A program made the translations under genes and the position numbers. DNA of 64,000 bases, from the NCBI GenBank assembly GCA_030704615.1, contig CM060734.1, forward strand, positions 49,104,001 to 49,168,000, in the 5' to 3' direction. Every line of letters begins with the position of its first letter. The first letter of the stretch is position 1. The DNA is from Takakia lepidozioides (Eukaryota; Plantae; Bryophyta). Shown in pieces: positions 50,301 to 62,338 of the stretch. The notes under the pieces were generated by a model that worked only from the letters and a program-made list of their open reading frames with translations, ran no database searches and was not told the origin of the DNA.

Positions 50301-51835
50301 TAGTTGCTTGATGGTGAGCCCCAATGACTTCCATGAACATGTACATATACTACGTGGCCCTCAAGCGCACACTATCCTCAGGGTACTGCACAGGTGTGAT
50401 CCAATATATGCATTGGGAAGTACAATGATGTTCCCTACATCAGCTAGTCCTTTGCCGGCAACCACCTCATGCCACCTACTCTCTGGTCTCTAGCAATAGA
50501 AATAAATACTCTGTGGATTGACTTGATGACTGCAACAACAATTTCTCATTTGCATGAAATTGCACAATTACTGGTGATACCTGGAGAACACACTGGGCAG
50601 CCAAGCATTGAAAGAACTGATGTGTGTACCTCACGTGTGTAGAATTTGACGGCAAATCCTCTGGGGTCTCTGAGAGTCTCAGGACTACCGCGTTCATGAA
50701 TAACAGTGGAGAAGCGAAGAATCACCGGGGTCTGCACACCAGGCGCCCTCAGAAAGTCGGCGCAGGTGAGGTGAGAGATGTCATGGGTCACCTCAAAAAA
50801 TCCCTTGGCGCTTGCTCCCCGGGCATGCACAACACGCTCAGGGATGCGCTCCCTGTCAAATTGAGCAAGTTTCTCTACCAAATGGTAATCCTCCAGCAGA
50901 ATGGGACCTACAGAGAGCACGCCACTCTTGAGATATGAGCTTGAAATCTAGGCTCTTGTTCTTCACAAACTACCACAGGACTCTTCCTCTCGAAAGACAA
51001 CCGACTCTAACCAGGTATTACCTGCGGGTGAACCATATTTCCTGCTGAGTACTTTCATAATTCTCATCTTCAAAATAAAAAGACAGTTGCTGCAAACTGG
51101 GGATCACCTCATGAGAAGTGCACTATCGTGGTAAACTACATACATAAGCTACTTTCAGAGTCCTGACCCGAGCCCACATGAAAGGTATGCCAATCGACAA
51201 AGTTGTAAAAGAGGCAAACTAAAAAAATCTGTACTCCGCCACAAACAGGCTCGGAGCATACCTCGCTCGCCAACAGTAAGAGAGGCATTGTTATTCCAGA
51301 CAGGAGCACCCGAATTGGTGGTCCAAAACGAGGAGTTGTACGCACTCGATGGCCGGAACTGACCCCGCCAATCCACCCAGCCAGAACACATAAAAAGCAG
51401 ACCATGTCAGATTACACCAACATATCTGGTGATTAACTGCTGTGCTCGACATCCAACAAGTCATGATTTTTTATCTCACCACCTCTGTAGCCTCCACAGA
51501 AGTACCACCTTCTGCCAATTTACTCTGAAGGCATCCTGGGAATAAACAAAAGTCCTCTGACTGGTAAAAGAAAGGCTGTCAATAAACCCATCCCGTGTGG
51601 ACTGTGGAGCTACCCCCAATTGCATGCCGAATTACAAACAAACGCAAAGCATCCACGATCCTCACTTCAGAAAGACCAAGCCTACGATTCCCATCTCATA
51701 CCACTGCGATTCTTCCCTCAAACCTTTCTCTCAAAGAGAACACGAATGCCTACAAATCCATGTATCACAGCACACCGAAACAACCCCTCAAAATCCACAT
51801 CTACAAGAACCAGAGAGCACCTTGTAAGGATCCAT
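47384..51835 (-). CDS. CAT: Catalase (monofunctional heme catalase, 492 aa, 8 exons)
   Basis: Exons 51835-51821 (MDPYK), 51358-51262, 50907-50630, 50072-49296, 49014-48925, 48478-48411, 47950-47857 and 47443-47384 sum to 1479 nt. Motifs [29 protein letters not shown] and [14 protein letters not shown]; ends [12 protein letters not shown]. Confidence 0.98.
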
Positions 51836-51972
51836 TGCAACGTCTGAGCTCCTCAACTACTCCCGCAATCGAGCACCTCCCCTCCAACTCTACTCTCCTC
51901 CCCTTCACCCCCTCACAAACAGTGAGGAAGAAGGCCATCGCTGCGGACGGTTGGATCCTGCCCCGGAATCGC

Positions 51973-51982
51973 ATCACGTGAT
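51973..51982. promoter_or_regulatory. G-box palindrome in the catalase promoter
   Basis: ATCACGTGAT about 140 bp upstream of the catalase ATG. Confidence 0.35.
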
Positions 51983-53119
51983 CGTTGATCTGGGACACAA
52001 CGAACGGCATCTTATTTCGAGTTATTTTAATATATCTTCAACAAAAATGCTCGCGAAAAATTGTCCGAACGTCGAAAATAATTTCCATCGTCCGCGACCA
52101 TTGTAAAATAATAATAAATAATAAATAATCCGCGTGTTTATCCGCTTGTGTGCGGCGCCGATCGCACCGTCAGCCGATATTCCATGGCATCTCAGACGTC
52201 CGTCGGAGCGCTTTTCGTCAACGTCCGTGCGATGTCCATCTTTCGGCGCAGCTGACGCACGTATCCGGGAAAAGTCGACGCGTTCGTCGACGATGTTCTC
52301 GTTCCCCTCTCGTCTTTCACGAACGTCTCCGTCGGTCACCGTCTCGCTCCCTTGACAGACGGAAGCCGGACGACCCTGTCCTTCTCGTCTGTCTCTCTCT
52401 CCTACCGAGTCTGTGCGGGGTGAGCGAGTGAAGGGTTGCGGAGTGCTGTGTTTGGGTGTTTTGATTGTGAGCTGCCGTTTTTCCTCTTCAGAGCTGAGGT
52501 GGGGGAATTGGTGTCTTCTTCTTGCTGAGCTACTAGAGAAGGTGTCGGTCTCTGGTCTTTGGCTACTGCGGCCGGTAATGCAGGGTTGGATGTCGAAGTG
52601 AGGTGGCGAGAAAGGATGATATGACATGATCTAGGGGGAGAAGTTGAGGAGGTGAGGCAAAAAGAGGCTGCGGTAGATAGACTTTTCTCGAAGACGCTGT
52701 CTACAAATCGCACAAGACTGAAAATTGGTGGCTTGACAAAGATGGTGACTTCAATATTGATTTCAACTATTAGCATTTCTTTGCAAGTTGCACGAAAGGA
52801 AAACATCACGTATACATGTAGGTTGCGCGGTGAGACCATTGTTCCTCAGGAACTTACTTGCTTAGGGGAGCGAAGGAGTTCTGTTCCTCCAGAAGGGGAC
52901 CGACCGGCCATCGATTCAGGAGGAAAGTGAGTCTAACTCGTCCTGAGCTCCGATCCCGCGAACTATTAAAGATAATGTGATCGTAACGATACCTATACCT
53001 TACTGAAGTGAGCTATTTAGGATCTGTACAATCTGGCCCAAGGAAATTCACAATGCACTTCGACAGTACCCAAAAGTCTTTGATGAGACTTGAAGCATTG
53101 TTCAAAACCATCTGGTTTT

Positions 53120-53806
53120 CTACCCGTCACCCCACTCATCATTGCCGACCGGCATGGGATCGTCGTAGCTGGTAGTGAAGCGAGACCGGTCTGGATGTGG
53201 ATTTCCTCTCACAGGCCTCAACTGATCATTTCCGTGCTCATCCTCGAAATCCTTGATCATTTCGGCCAATGCATCAGAAGACGGAAAATCAATGACTTTA
53301 CTGGTAGCATCAGATTTGGAATCGCCTTCATAAGCAAGTCTGGAGGATCCACTCTGAGCACTGGCCCTGAGTGAACCATTGACACTTTTAACTGTGTCTT
53401 CGAATCCATCCTTCACACTCTCAATGATACCGTGTGCAATATCTCCAAGACTTGGTGAGGAGTTGTAAACACCCTCCCCAAAGTCAACAATTTGGCCAAT
53501 TCCTTCATCATCGTCATCTCCCTCAGTTTTTCCGGAAGCAATTTCCCTAGCTTCATCGCCCTCGCCCTTCACAGCCGATCTCACAAAGTGCCCTTTACTT
53601 TTTCTGTTCAAATAGCAGGCTCCAACGTCCAGACAAATCGCCTCTCTCGCACTACTCTGACTTCGACAATGCACTGAGGATAAACTACAGATCGACGAAA
53701 TGGATGCATCGGAAGATCGGCCACCACAGAGATCCGGAGGGAAGGTTATAGTCTTTCCTACCACTTTCACACTGCAGCTACCCAGCATTGCTGCTGCACC
53801 CGCCAT
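53120..53806 (-). CDS. Intronless hypothetical protein (228 aa), probable plastid transit peptide, acidic mature part
   Basis: Open 228-codon ORF. The Ser/Ala/Arg-rich N-terminus ends ...HFVRSA, followed by a D/E/G-rich region. Good ATG context (GAGATGGCG). Confidence 0.6.
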   Translation of the reverse strand: MAGAAAMLGSCSVKVVGKTITFPPDLCGGRSSDASISSICSLSSVHCRSQSSAREAICLDVGACYLNRKSKGHFVRSAVKGEGDEAREIASGKTEGDDDDEGIGQIVDFGEGVYNSSPSLGDIAHGIIESVKDGFEDTVKSVNGSLRASAQSGSSRLAYEGDSKSDATSKVIDFPSSDALAEMIKDFEDEHGNDQLRPVRGNPHPDRSRFTTSYDDPMPVGNDEWGDG

Positions 53807-56441
53807 CTCAGTCTATGGGCTCAATGGTCTGGTGCCTAAGTAGCTGCTTTGCAATTCAGATTTCTCAGACAACAACTCGTTCCTCGTCTGCTTCCATCAC
53901 ATTTCTTCCAACGCTTTGCTCTTGCAGAATGTGGCTATGGCGGGCCACATGCAACAGTGATCCTGTAGGCACAGAGCACGCGGCACAATCTGCTTAGAGC
54001 ATTGCCAATGTGTCACTATCTGAGTGGGTAATGACATGGATCGCAAAGGACACAGTGGTCCACCCACGCTACGATGATGTGTAAGTTAGGGCTTAAGTTA
54101 GGCTTGGTTTACACGAAGGCCCGGGCCCAAGACGAAGCTAGAAACAAGAAAGACCAAGCGGTTTACACGAGGGTTTGGTCCAAGACCAAGAAAATGGCAT
54201 ATTTTATGGCGCCAAACTCTTGCCAACAAGGCGTGAGATACATGGAGGCCTGCCATTGTTTAGTGATATGAAGTTTTATGGAATTATGTTATGGCTCACA
54301 AGGCGTGGCATACACCCTGTTGGTGACTAATTTGGTATTTAATAGCGGTGCATATACCATGCACATATCAGTCTTTCACCTAATATACCAATAGAATACT
54401 GGTCTCTATTTTTAAAAGCCAAAATAAAAATTTAAAAAAAACTAAAGTATATGTACTATTTATTATAGCATATTACATATATATCCTCATATTATATTAT
54501 GTCCTCATTCATAACTTATCACCTGCCTTTTTGAGGGGAAAAGATAATGGCATTGTGGGCTTGAGTAGAATACATAAGGAACATGTTGAACCTGTGATCA
54601 CATGGGATATATGTAGAGATGTGGGGTTCAAATTTTAGTCAATGAGTGGATCAACCGGTATGTTTCATGATTTGAAGAAGCCGGAGGGGGTTTATGAATT
54701 TGGATCAGGGGTTAAATGTACTGAAAGACAGTGTTGATATCAAGGACGAGAGCTTCATGGCAAATTGCAAGGCTATGGAGCAGCTCCTGGTTGATCTTAG
54801 TATTTTTTGTATCTACAAAAAAATTGAAGTATTTGAGTTTAGCGGATATCCGCACATATGTACCGCTCCTCTATTTCTACTTCTCCACTTCACTGCTAGG
54901 TAGAAGACCCTATCATGGCCACGGACCCCATATTTGCCATGCCAAAGTACCCTATCTAGACCATTTTTGGGCCCATTATGGATCACAAAATTATAGACCC
55001 ACAGCCACAAGTACACCCATAAAAACCACCCTCATAACCCCTATCAAGGGTACCATGATGCTGCAACTTGTGTCTATAAAATTAATGCCAATGAAGCACT
55101 ACATATATATTAGCAGACCAAATCTGACCAAGACATGCAAATATTAGCTTAACCAACGGTTTACAATTATCTCTAATAAAGATAAGGTCTTCTAGGACTA
55201 GGACAGCCACCATACATTAATTAAACCTGAAAGATACAAAGGAATCCATTTAAGATGGCTACAATGCATAAATGCAACCTAAAATTTGAAATTCTAGTAG
55301 TTGCCTCCTCCACGAGCTTGAAGCATTGCCGCTCAATTGGTGGTCCCTTCATCTCTTTGGGTAGGCTGAGTAGTTCTCACATCTTCTTCATTCCCTCCCT
55401 TATCTCTCTCTTCCTTGAGACACCAACCTAACTTGTCTTTTGTTTCTAGAGGAATTCAGTCTTAGCCTAGTTTTCTGGCATTGATAAGCTATTCTTTAAT
55501 CTTGCTTATGGTCATTTCTATTTGGAAGAGTTTCATGTTTGTAGAATATTATGAATGCTTCACATTCTAGCAATGATTTAGATCTCATTATCAAGGTTGT
55601 AGTAGCAAATCTAGCATCTAAGTTCAATGAAAAATGGGAGAGTGTGGAGTACACAAATGGCATGCCACATGGTACTTCTAGTGAGGGTATAAGCAAACCA
55701 CTCCATGCAGATTTTTCTTTTACTTTCTACAAGTTGAGTATTTTGACTAAAGAGTCTCAAAGGTACTGCTATTATAATCACAATGAGCTGGCAAAAGTTA
55801 GTCGTATCACAGTCTCCTATCGAGCTCTTGGCTTGAGGCAAATAAAAAAGATCCTACAAAAAAAGACAAACTGAACAATTGATCAATCCATTTCTCTAAC
55901 TTTAATACTTAATTCTTATTTTTCTACAGGTAGATATCTTCAGCCATCATGGCTTTTCGCAAGTCACATAAGCACATAGTCCAAGCATCACAAGATCACC
56001 AACTTCCTTCAGATCTTCCCGTGTAGGTTTCATGTCCCAAGAGAAAAAAATCTGGAAATGGAGGACAAAGTTGTTAAGTATTGTTGGTTGACCCTATAAT
56101 CCAGAAGCACCACAAGGTCAAGCAAAATAAAACAAAGTCATGGACAACTGAACAAATGGAAGTAGTGATATGTGAAGTGAAACGAGGTTGGATTAGTCTT
56201 TCAGTTGCTTCTCGGAAGTATGGGATTCCACGTGGGTCAATTAGGTTGTAGAATGGAAAATGCAAGCAAAGAAGATCTGGTCCACCTATCCTACTCACCA
56301 TTGAAGAGGAAAATGCTCTTGCTGAATGGTGCTTGAATATGCAGATTTTGGGATGTTCAGTCTCCATGTACATACTCAAGATTAAGGTTCAATAGATCAC
56401 TAAAGGACGACAAACAACGTCATCCTCAACTGTCAGTGGAG

Positions 56442-56473
<32 letters not shown>

Positions 56474-56570
56474 ACTCAACACTTGTGCCCTCCACTAGTT
56501 GACAAGTTTTATGGACTCTTGGGCTCATTGATGGATGTCAACAAGTATGCTCCAACTCACATTTGGAATG

Positions 56571-58669
56571 GGGGAATGTCTCCGTGTGAGCCTGGCCGCG
56601 TGAGCACGTGAGCGCAGTCAGGCTCACGTCACGTCAGCAGTTGCCACCACGTTAGTTCACTGGTGTCACGGCACGTCAGCAGTCCTCACCAGCGTGGTTA
56701 ACACCACGTTATTTCCAAAGGCATGCACCTATAATCGCGGACAGAAAGTAAGTGTCTATTTCCGCATAATGATTTATCATTTCCAGTCTTTGCAGACTAC
56801 ATCTTTAACATCTTGCTGATCGATTGGATGAATATAACATAGATGAGTGCAAACAATGTGAAGGATTCATGAATGTAGGATGGATGAATGTAGAATGGAT
56901 GAATGTAAGAGGAATGAGTGCAAACACTGCGATGGATTGATGTAGTTTTTTCCCCTGAAAGCAATTTCGAACTTTGTTGGATTTCCTGTCTTTCAATATC
57001 ATGTGGGGCCATGTCAACCCGTGAATGTGTGTTTTGTAATTAGTTATTCCGTTCGTACTTGGGACAAATGAACAGTCGCAACAAGTCAAAAAAAATTTAT
57101 GAGGATGAAGAAAGAGTACATAGAAACTTTAAAGGTCAATCTGACTCGGACTCATCATAACATATCCCCCGCATCATTTGCATCCAAGTCCAAAAAATTC
57201 ATAACTTCAGATTTGGGATGTCTACTCCCGCGTGCAGACATTCTGGGATCAGGTGATGGAGCCTTGGACATGCAAAGTTTCATTTCTTCTGCATACATAG
57301 GAAGCAAAAACTGGGCAGGGGGCTGTCGAATACGGAAACGATTTGAGATCCCAAGCGAAGATCCGACCACATATGGAAATCCGGACACATGTCGCGATCC
57401 GACCACATGTCGAGATAATTAGGGACACCGCTCAAGTGTTTTCCCTCCATGAGCACATATTTTGTGTACTTGCGAACTCGCAAACCCAATGCAATTCCCA
57501 ACATGTCAATTCACAAAACATAATAATATGATGATTGGCGACGATCATCACATTCCCTACAGAAAGTGACTGTTGATGGGAATTCTACTACCTCACAAGT
57601 ACCACCCTGAAGAAGGTCTAAATGTGATGATCACTGCAGATCATCACATTTTCTTGAAGATTTTAGTTTCAATCTGGAAAAGGTAGGACTGAAACACGAA
57701 AGCAAAACGATGCAATTCACATTTTTGGGGGAAATGAAGAATTCTCTGTATCCGCACACAGCAGTTTGAGTGATGATCGGTACCGATCATCACTTCCTTC
57801 CAGCCCTAAGATCATGTTTTGATAGACAATGAACTTTGCAAAGGGGGAAAAATGCAAGACTCAAACACGAAAGCAAAACAATGTGAATCACATTTCTGGC
57901 CGAAATGAAAAATACTCTACAAAATCTTGAAGCACTATAAGTGATGATCAGCACCGATCATCACTTCTGTTTTTTTTTTTTTTTGTTTTTTGGGAAAAAT
58001 TAAATAAAAATTAAAAAATAAGAAAAGAGCAGAAGTGATGATCTGTTTTTATTTTATTTTATTTTAAATAATTTAAATCTTATTGTTCCAAAAAAAAAAA
58101 ATTGCTCTGGTTTGGCATTTTGGTAGAGGTCGTCGATCATCACTTTTGTTCTGTTTTGGCATTTGGCGTGTGCTCTGTGTGGCAAGTTCTTAGAACTCAT
58201 GTATCATGGCACCTTTGGACATCAAGATGGTTTCTCATGATATTCCCGTGACAGCCTCTATGGCATTCACGTCGTGAGGTTATTTTGTCGTCCTTGTAAT
58301 TGTAATAGTGAAATTTACAATTCTAATTGCACAATGTTGTGGAATGGATGTCACAGTTGTAGGCTTATTTCTCATTTCGGTTGTTTGATGGTAGTCTTCA
58401 TTGTATTCAGCCAACGATTGCTTGGATTAATCCCATGATCATAAGACCATCCTCGGATATAGGCGCCGCATGTTTATGCTAACGTGGCAGATGACGACGC
58501 AACGCCACGTTAGCATTTGTCGTCATGTCAGCCTGCTGACATCACGCTCACGCCACGTCAGCGTTGATGCACGCTCACGTCACGTCAGCTGGCGTGAGCA
58601 TACGCTCACGCCACATCACTCCTGCGTGAGCGTATGCTCACGCGCAAGGCTCACGTCGTTGCGTCGTTG
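56571..58669. mobile_element. Non-autonomous MULE-like insertion with 9-bp TSD and asymmetric termini
   Basis: TTTGGAATG is duplicated at 56562-56570 and 58670-58678. Subterminal inverted similarity GTGAGCCTGGCCGCGTGAGCA / GTGAGCCTTGCGCGTGAGCA begins 15 nt inside each end. GTGAGC/CACGTCAGC subterminal repeats are present. Confidence 0.88.
57528..58145. repeat. Array of GTGATGATC-N6-GATCATCAC palindromes
   Basis: Copies at 57528-57551, 57621-57650, 57769-57794 (perfect AGTGATGATCGGTACCGATCATCACT) and 57939-57966; half-sites near 58033 and 58135. Confidence 0.92.
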
Positions 58670-59796
58670 TTTGGAATGTTGATGAGTCAAGGGTCATGGC
58701 TAGTCGCAATGCATAAAGAAAAGTGATTGCACTACGAAGCTCTCGTTCAGTATGTGGTGTCATACCTGAAAAACAAGAGTGGCTCATTGTAATGTGTTGT
58801 ATGAATGCTACTGGTTTTGCTATTCCATCTTTCTACATTTTCAAATGACAGAGACATTCAGGACATCACCTGGGAGAATTGTGAACCTGGTGCAGCTCAA
58901 ACATTCCAAGAGAGAGCATGGATGACCTCCAACTTGTTTGTAGAATGGTTTGGTGTATCCATTTCAAATCGTCACTTGCTGGTCCCAGATGGTCATGCAT
59001 CCCACACTAGCAGTGAAGCCATTGACAGAGCCATTTCTTTGGGTCTAGATGTTGTAATGATGTCTTCTCATACCAGCCACACTGCAGCCCCTAGATGTTT
59101 CTTGTTTTGCTCCATTTAATAAGCTTTCAGAAAAAAAAAAAAACCACTACATGTTTAGGAGACCTACTGGAGATGTCTGCAAAACAGAATTAGTTACGCT
59201 TGTATCTAAATCACTGGCAATTGCACTCACTCTTTCAAACATCGAGGCAGGGTTTAGGGAAATATGTATCTATCATTTGATGCACATGCGATGGACAAAG
59301 AGTTTGGTCCATCATCAGCATTTGTGGGCTGCACTATTCCACCATACTATGACAATGGAGAGGATGAATGAGATGTTGTAGAAGGACATGAAGGTATGGA
59401 CGAGGCTAACCGTGAAGAAAAAGACGTCGATGATGCGAGTTGGTACGATGACAAAGAACATCGTGATGAAACTCGAGGAACTGGTTTTTTGATGTTTTTG
59501 TCAGAAGCTGCCAACTGCGACCAACATGTCATGACCATAAGCCCACAAAGTGAACATGACAATCTCTCATGGGCTGATCCAGGTGATGTATATATGGTAC
59601 ACATGTTTGATTGTGAACTTGAGGACGAGTGTGATCATGGACCTAATTTGACACCTACGATACCTGTAGTTCACCGACCTTCACTACTAGAGCTGTCAAT
59701 GACAAGTTTTCCAATAGAATTCATAGTTTTTGTGGCACCTGTGACTGCCCAAAACATTTCGAGATTTCACGAGTTGCCGAGTGTGCGCGTAGAAGC

Positions 59797-59925
59797 GGTG
59801 GTTCAAAATCCTACGATTGCACCATCTGGGGTCGTAGAAGCAGAAATTCCAATGGTGGCTCAACATCCTGCGATAGTACCACCTGGGGTCGCAGAAGCAA
59901 AAACTCCAGCGGTGGCTCAAGAAAA
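59797..59925 (+). repeat. 57-bp in-frame tandem repeat (~2.2 copies) in an acidic ORF downstream of the pogo DDE domain
   Basis: VVQNPTIAPSGVVEAEIPM / VAQHPAIVPPGVAEAKTPA in ORF 59396-59971. Confidence 0.75.
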
Positions 59926-60917
59926 CCCTAGAAGACCCTATTACTGTCAAGTTAACACTTTCAAGGTGTAATTGTAGAGGTAAATGACGATTTTTTGTTT
60001 TTTTTTTTTCACACATGGCTAGATTAGGCAATGTAGACCCTATCACTACCCTAGGGTCTTACTGCTCCGCCGCTCCCATGTTATTGTTCTCGCTCTCATA
60101 TATTCGTGTTCCCCTGTTACTGCTCCCCCGCTCCCTCCATTAGTGATGCTCCCTTGTGCCTACTCCTGCTCTCATGTGTTACTACTCCCCTGTGACTACT
60201 CCCCCAGACTTAGAAGTGAACAGAATTTTGAGAACAGGGGAGCGGTGGAGCCATACCAAAGGAGCCAATACAAAGGAGTGGGGAGCAATAACAGGGGAGC
60301 GGAGAAGCGGGGAATAGGGGATCAACACAGTGGGAGCAAGGGGCATGGAACATGAAGCATGGGATCCAAGGAGGGGCGCGAAGCACTAGGGAAGTGTTGG
60401 ACTGGGAAGAGGTGGGGATTTGACCGAGGGCCGACAAAGGGCCTATCTGGCTAGCTCCGGTGCTAGTACCACCGAGGCTCGCATGTGCTCATCCAACTCC
60501 CATCCTATCCTATGTCTAGTGCAAACCACCATGCACAAAACTCATGGGACACTGCTAAAGAGAAGAGGAGATCATACCACATAAGAAGGTAGTAGGATTT
60601 AAACTCACCTGGTGGCACTTGGTGCTCTAGCTACTCTCTATTTTGGACATATTTTGGACCTTAAAAAAATGTCATTTCCAAGATTTGGTGTATTTATTTA
60701 CTTATTTATTCCAAAGAGAAGACTACGCAAGAGTGTCAAAAATCAAGCCGCTCTTGTGCCTTCCCCAAGTATCACCTCCTTCCTACACTGAAAACTAATT
60801 CCATGATGTGTCTTCTCCAGATGTAATATCTCTGTTACTGAACAACTTATGAAAAATTTATGTTTGAATTTTCAAGCTTATTATGGAAGTTGTAGGGTCC
60901 ACTTTTCACACCATGTT

Positions 60918-61345
60918 TAACCTCAAATATATATATACAAGGTTGGGTCGAGTTTTTAATGTATACATGTATTTTAAATTCTGCGTATTATGATGCTTTG
61001 ACTACACAGTTGGATGACCAGCTCGGTTATTTAGGGAGTCTTATAGAGTTGAGTATGTTATAGTGGCATGAGTCGCCGCCCCATAACATTTAGACTCAAC
61101 TCTATTAAATAACCTCATAGAAAAGGTATCTTGGTACAATGGATGCTATTTACACGTATATATTTTTTAGAGATACCGATTTTCAAAATATTGGACTGCT
61201 ATAGTCAGTCATCCATAATGGGATGACCGGTTAGAGCCGTCATCCAAGTGTGTAGTCAAAACGTCATAAATACGTATGATTCAAAATGGACGTATATGCC
61301 AAAAATCCATTATGACCCAACCTTGTATACACACATTTTAGGTTA
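60918..61345. mobile_element. MITE/foldback element with ~110-bp imperfect TIRs
   Basis: Left arm AACCTCAAATATATATACAAGGTTGGGTC...TTTGACTACACAGTTGGATGAC matches the reverse complement of the right arm GTCATCCAAGTGTGTAGTCAAA...GACCCAACCTTGTATACACACATTTTAGGTT. Confidence 0.75.
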
Positions 61346-62338
61346 GATATTAATGACGTTACATGTTGCATCATCCATGTCCAATGGTGGTTTGTTAATT
61401 TATTTCATCCAACTTAAAAGCCATCATCCTTAAGCATTAATCAACATGTTTAATGTGTCAAGGACCTGCTTAACATGTCCGAGACCTATTAAACGAAGCC
61501 CAAGCCTACAATGACCCGCTACTAACCTCCACTATAATACACTAATACACAGACTAATATGAGAGTCTCTCATGTTAATTCTAGAATGTTATTGGAGCCA
61601 TATGCGATAGGCTAGCCGCTTATTTATCTGTCACCAAGTTTGTATTATTAATTACAAATAGATGGATGGATATTTTGGGAGAATATTGTGGCCCAGTGGT
61701 CAATATACAAGAATCTAGTATTATATGTAGTTTTGTCAATTTTCGGTTAACTACCCTAAGTCAATATTATCATGAAAAACACAGTTTTATATTGTGAAAT
61801 ACCTCTCTAAGTTCTATGAAATTTTCTTGTAACGTATTTTCTTTTTTCTTTTTTGGGGGATGGGAAAAGGGGTGGAAGCTTTCAACTTGTTTTTTGAATT
61901 GGGAATCAATATTCAATTAGACGGTAAAATTTGCTTAGGTTAACATCCTTCTTGCATCCAAATTCTTTGTATTTTGGATACATCAATTTGGAGAATGATT
62001 GTATAAAAGAATCGAATTACCATATTTAAAACATTTTGAGCAAGCCCAACTTTTCTATGACATCAGTTGATTATAAATAATATAATTCTAGCAATCTTAT
62101 GCTCTAAGATCAGTAGTATTTCTTCTTAAATTTGTGTGAAAAATGAAGAGAGCATGTAGGATCTCACACTGTCTTTTACCGTGTCTTGAAATCATTGAGG
62201 GTTGGGAGAGGATGTCATGTACTTGCATCAACCGCGTCATCCAAGAGCTATTTCAATTCGAGATTTCATACACACTACCATGTAATATAGGTCCTTGGCA
62301 AAGTTTGTAATCAGGGGACAACCTTCCAAAGAGGATAT

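Larger units (their letters stand above)
56130..59310 (+). pseudogene. pogo/Tc1-mariner superfamily (HTH-psq, CENP-B HTH, DDE_1) transposase pseudogene split by a nested insertion
   Basis: KSWTTEQM...ASRKYGIPRGSI...GPPILLTIEEENALAEWCLNMQ (56130-56400); PTHIWN|VDES rejoins across 56571-58669; then WLIVMCCMNATG...AWMTSNLFVEWF...LLVPDGHASH...SHTSH..QPLDV. Contains stops, frameshifts and an A28 run. Confidence 0.88.

Noticed and set aside
52022-52930. ORFs 52022-52627 (-) and 52652-52930 (+) as genes
   Set aside because: GC-rich promoter-like DNA upstream of catalase, and the translations have no protein-like features.
60420-60470. Helitron 3' end (CTAG with hairpin)
   Set aside because: The hairpin is weak, and there is no identifiable TC 5' end or Rep/Hel sequence.
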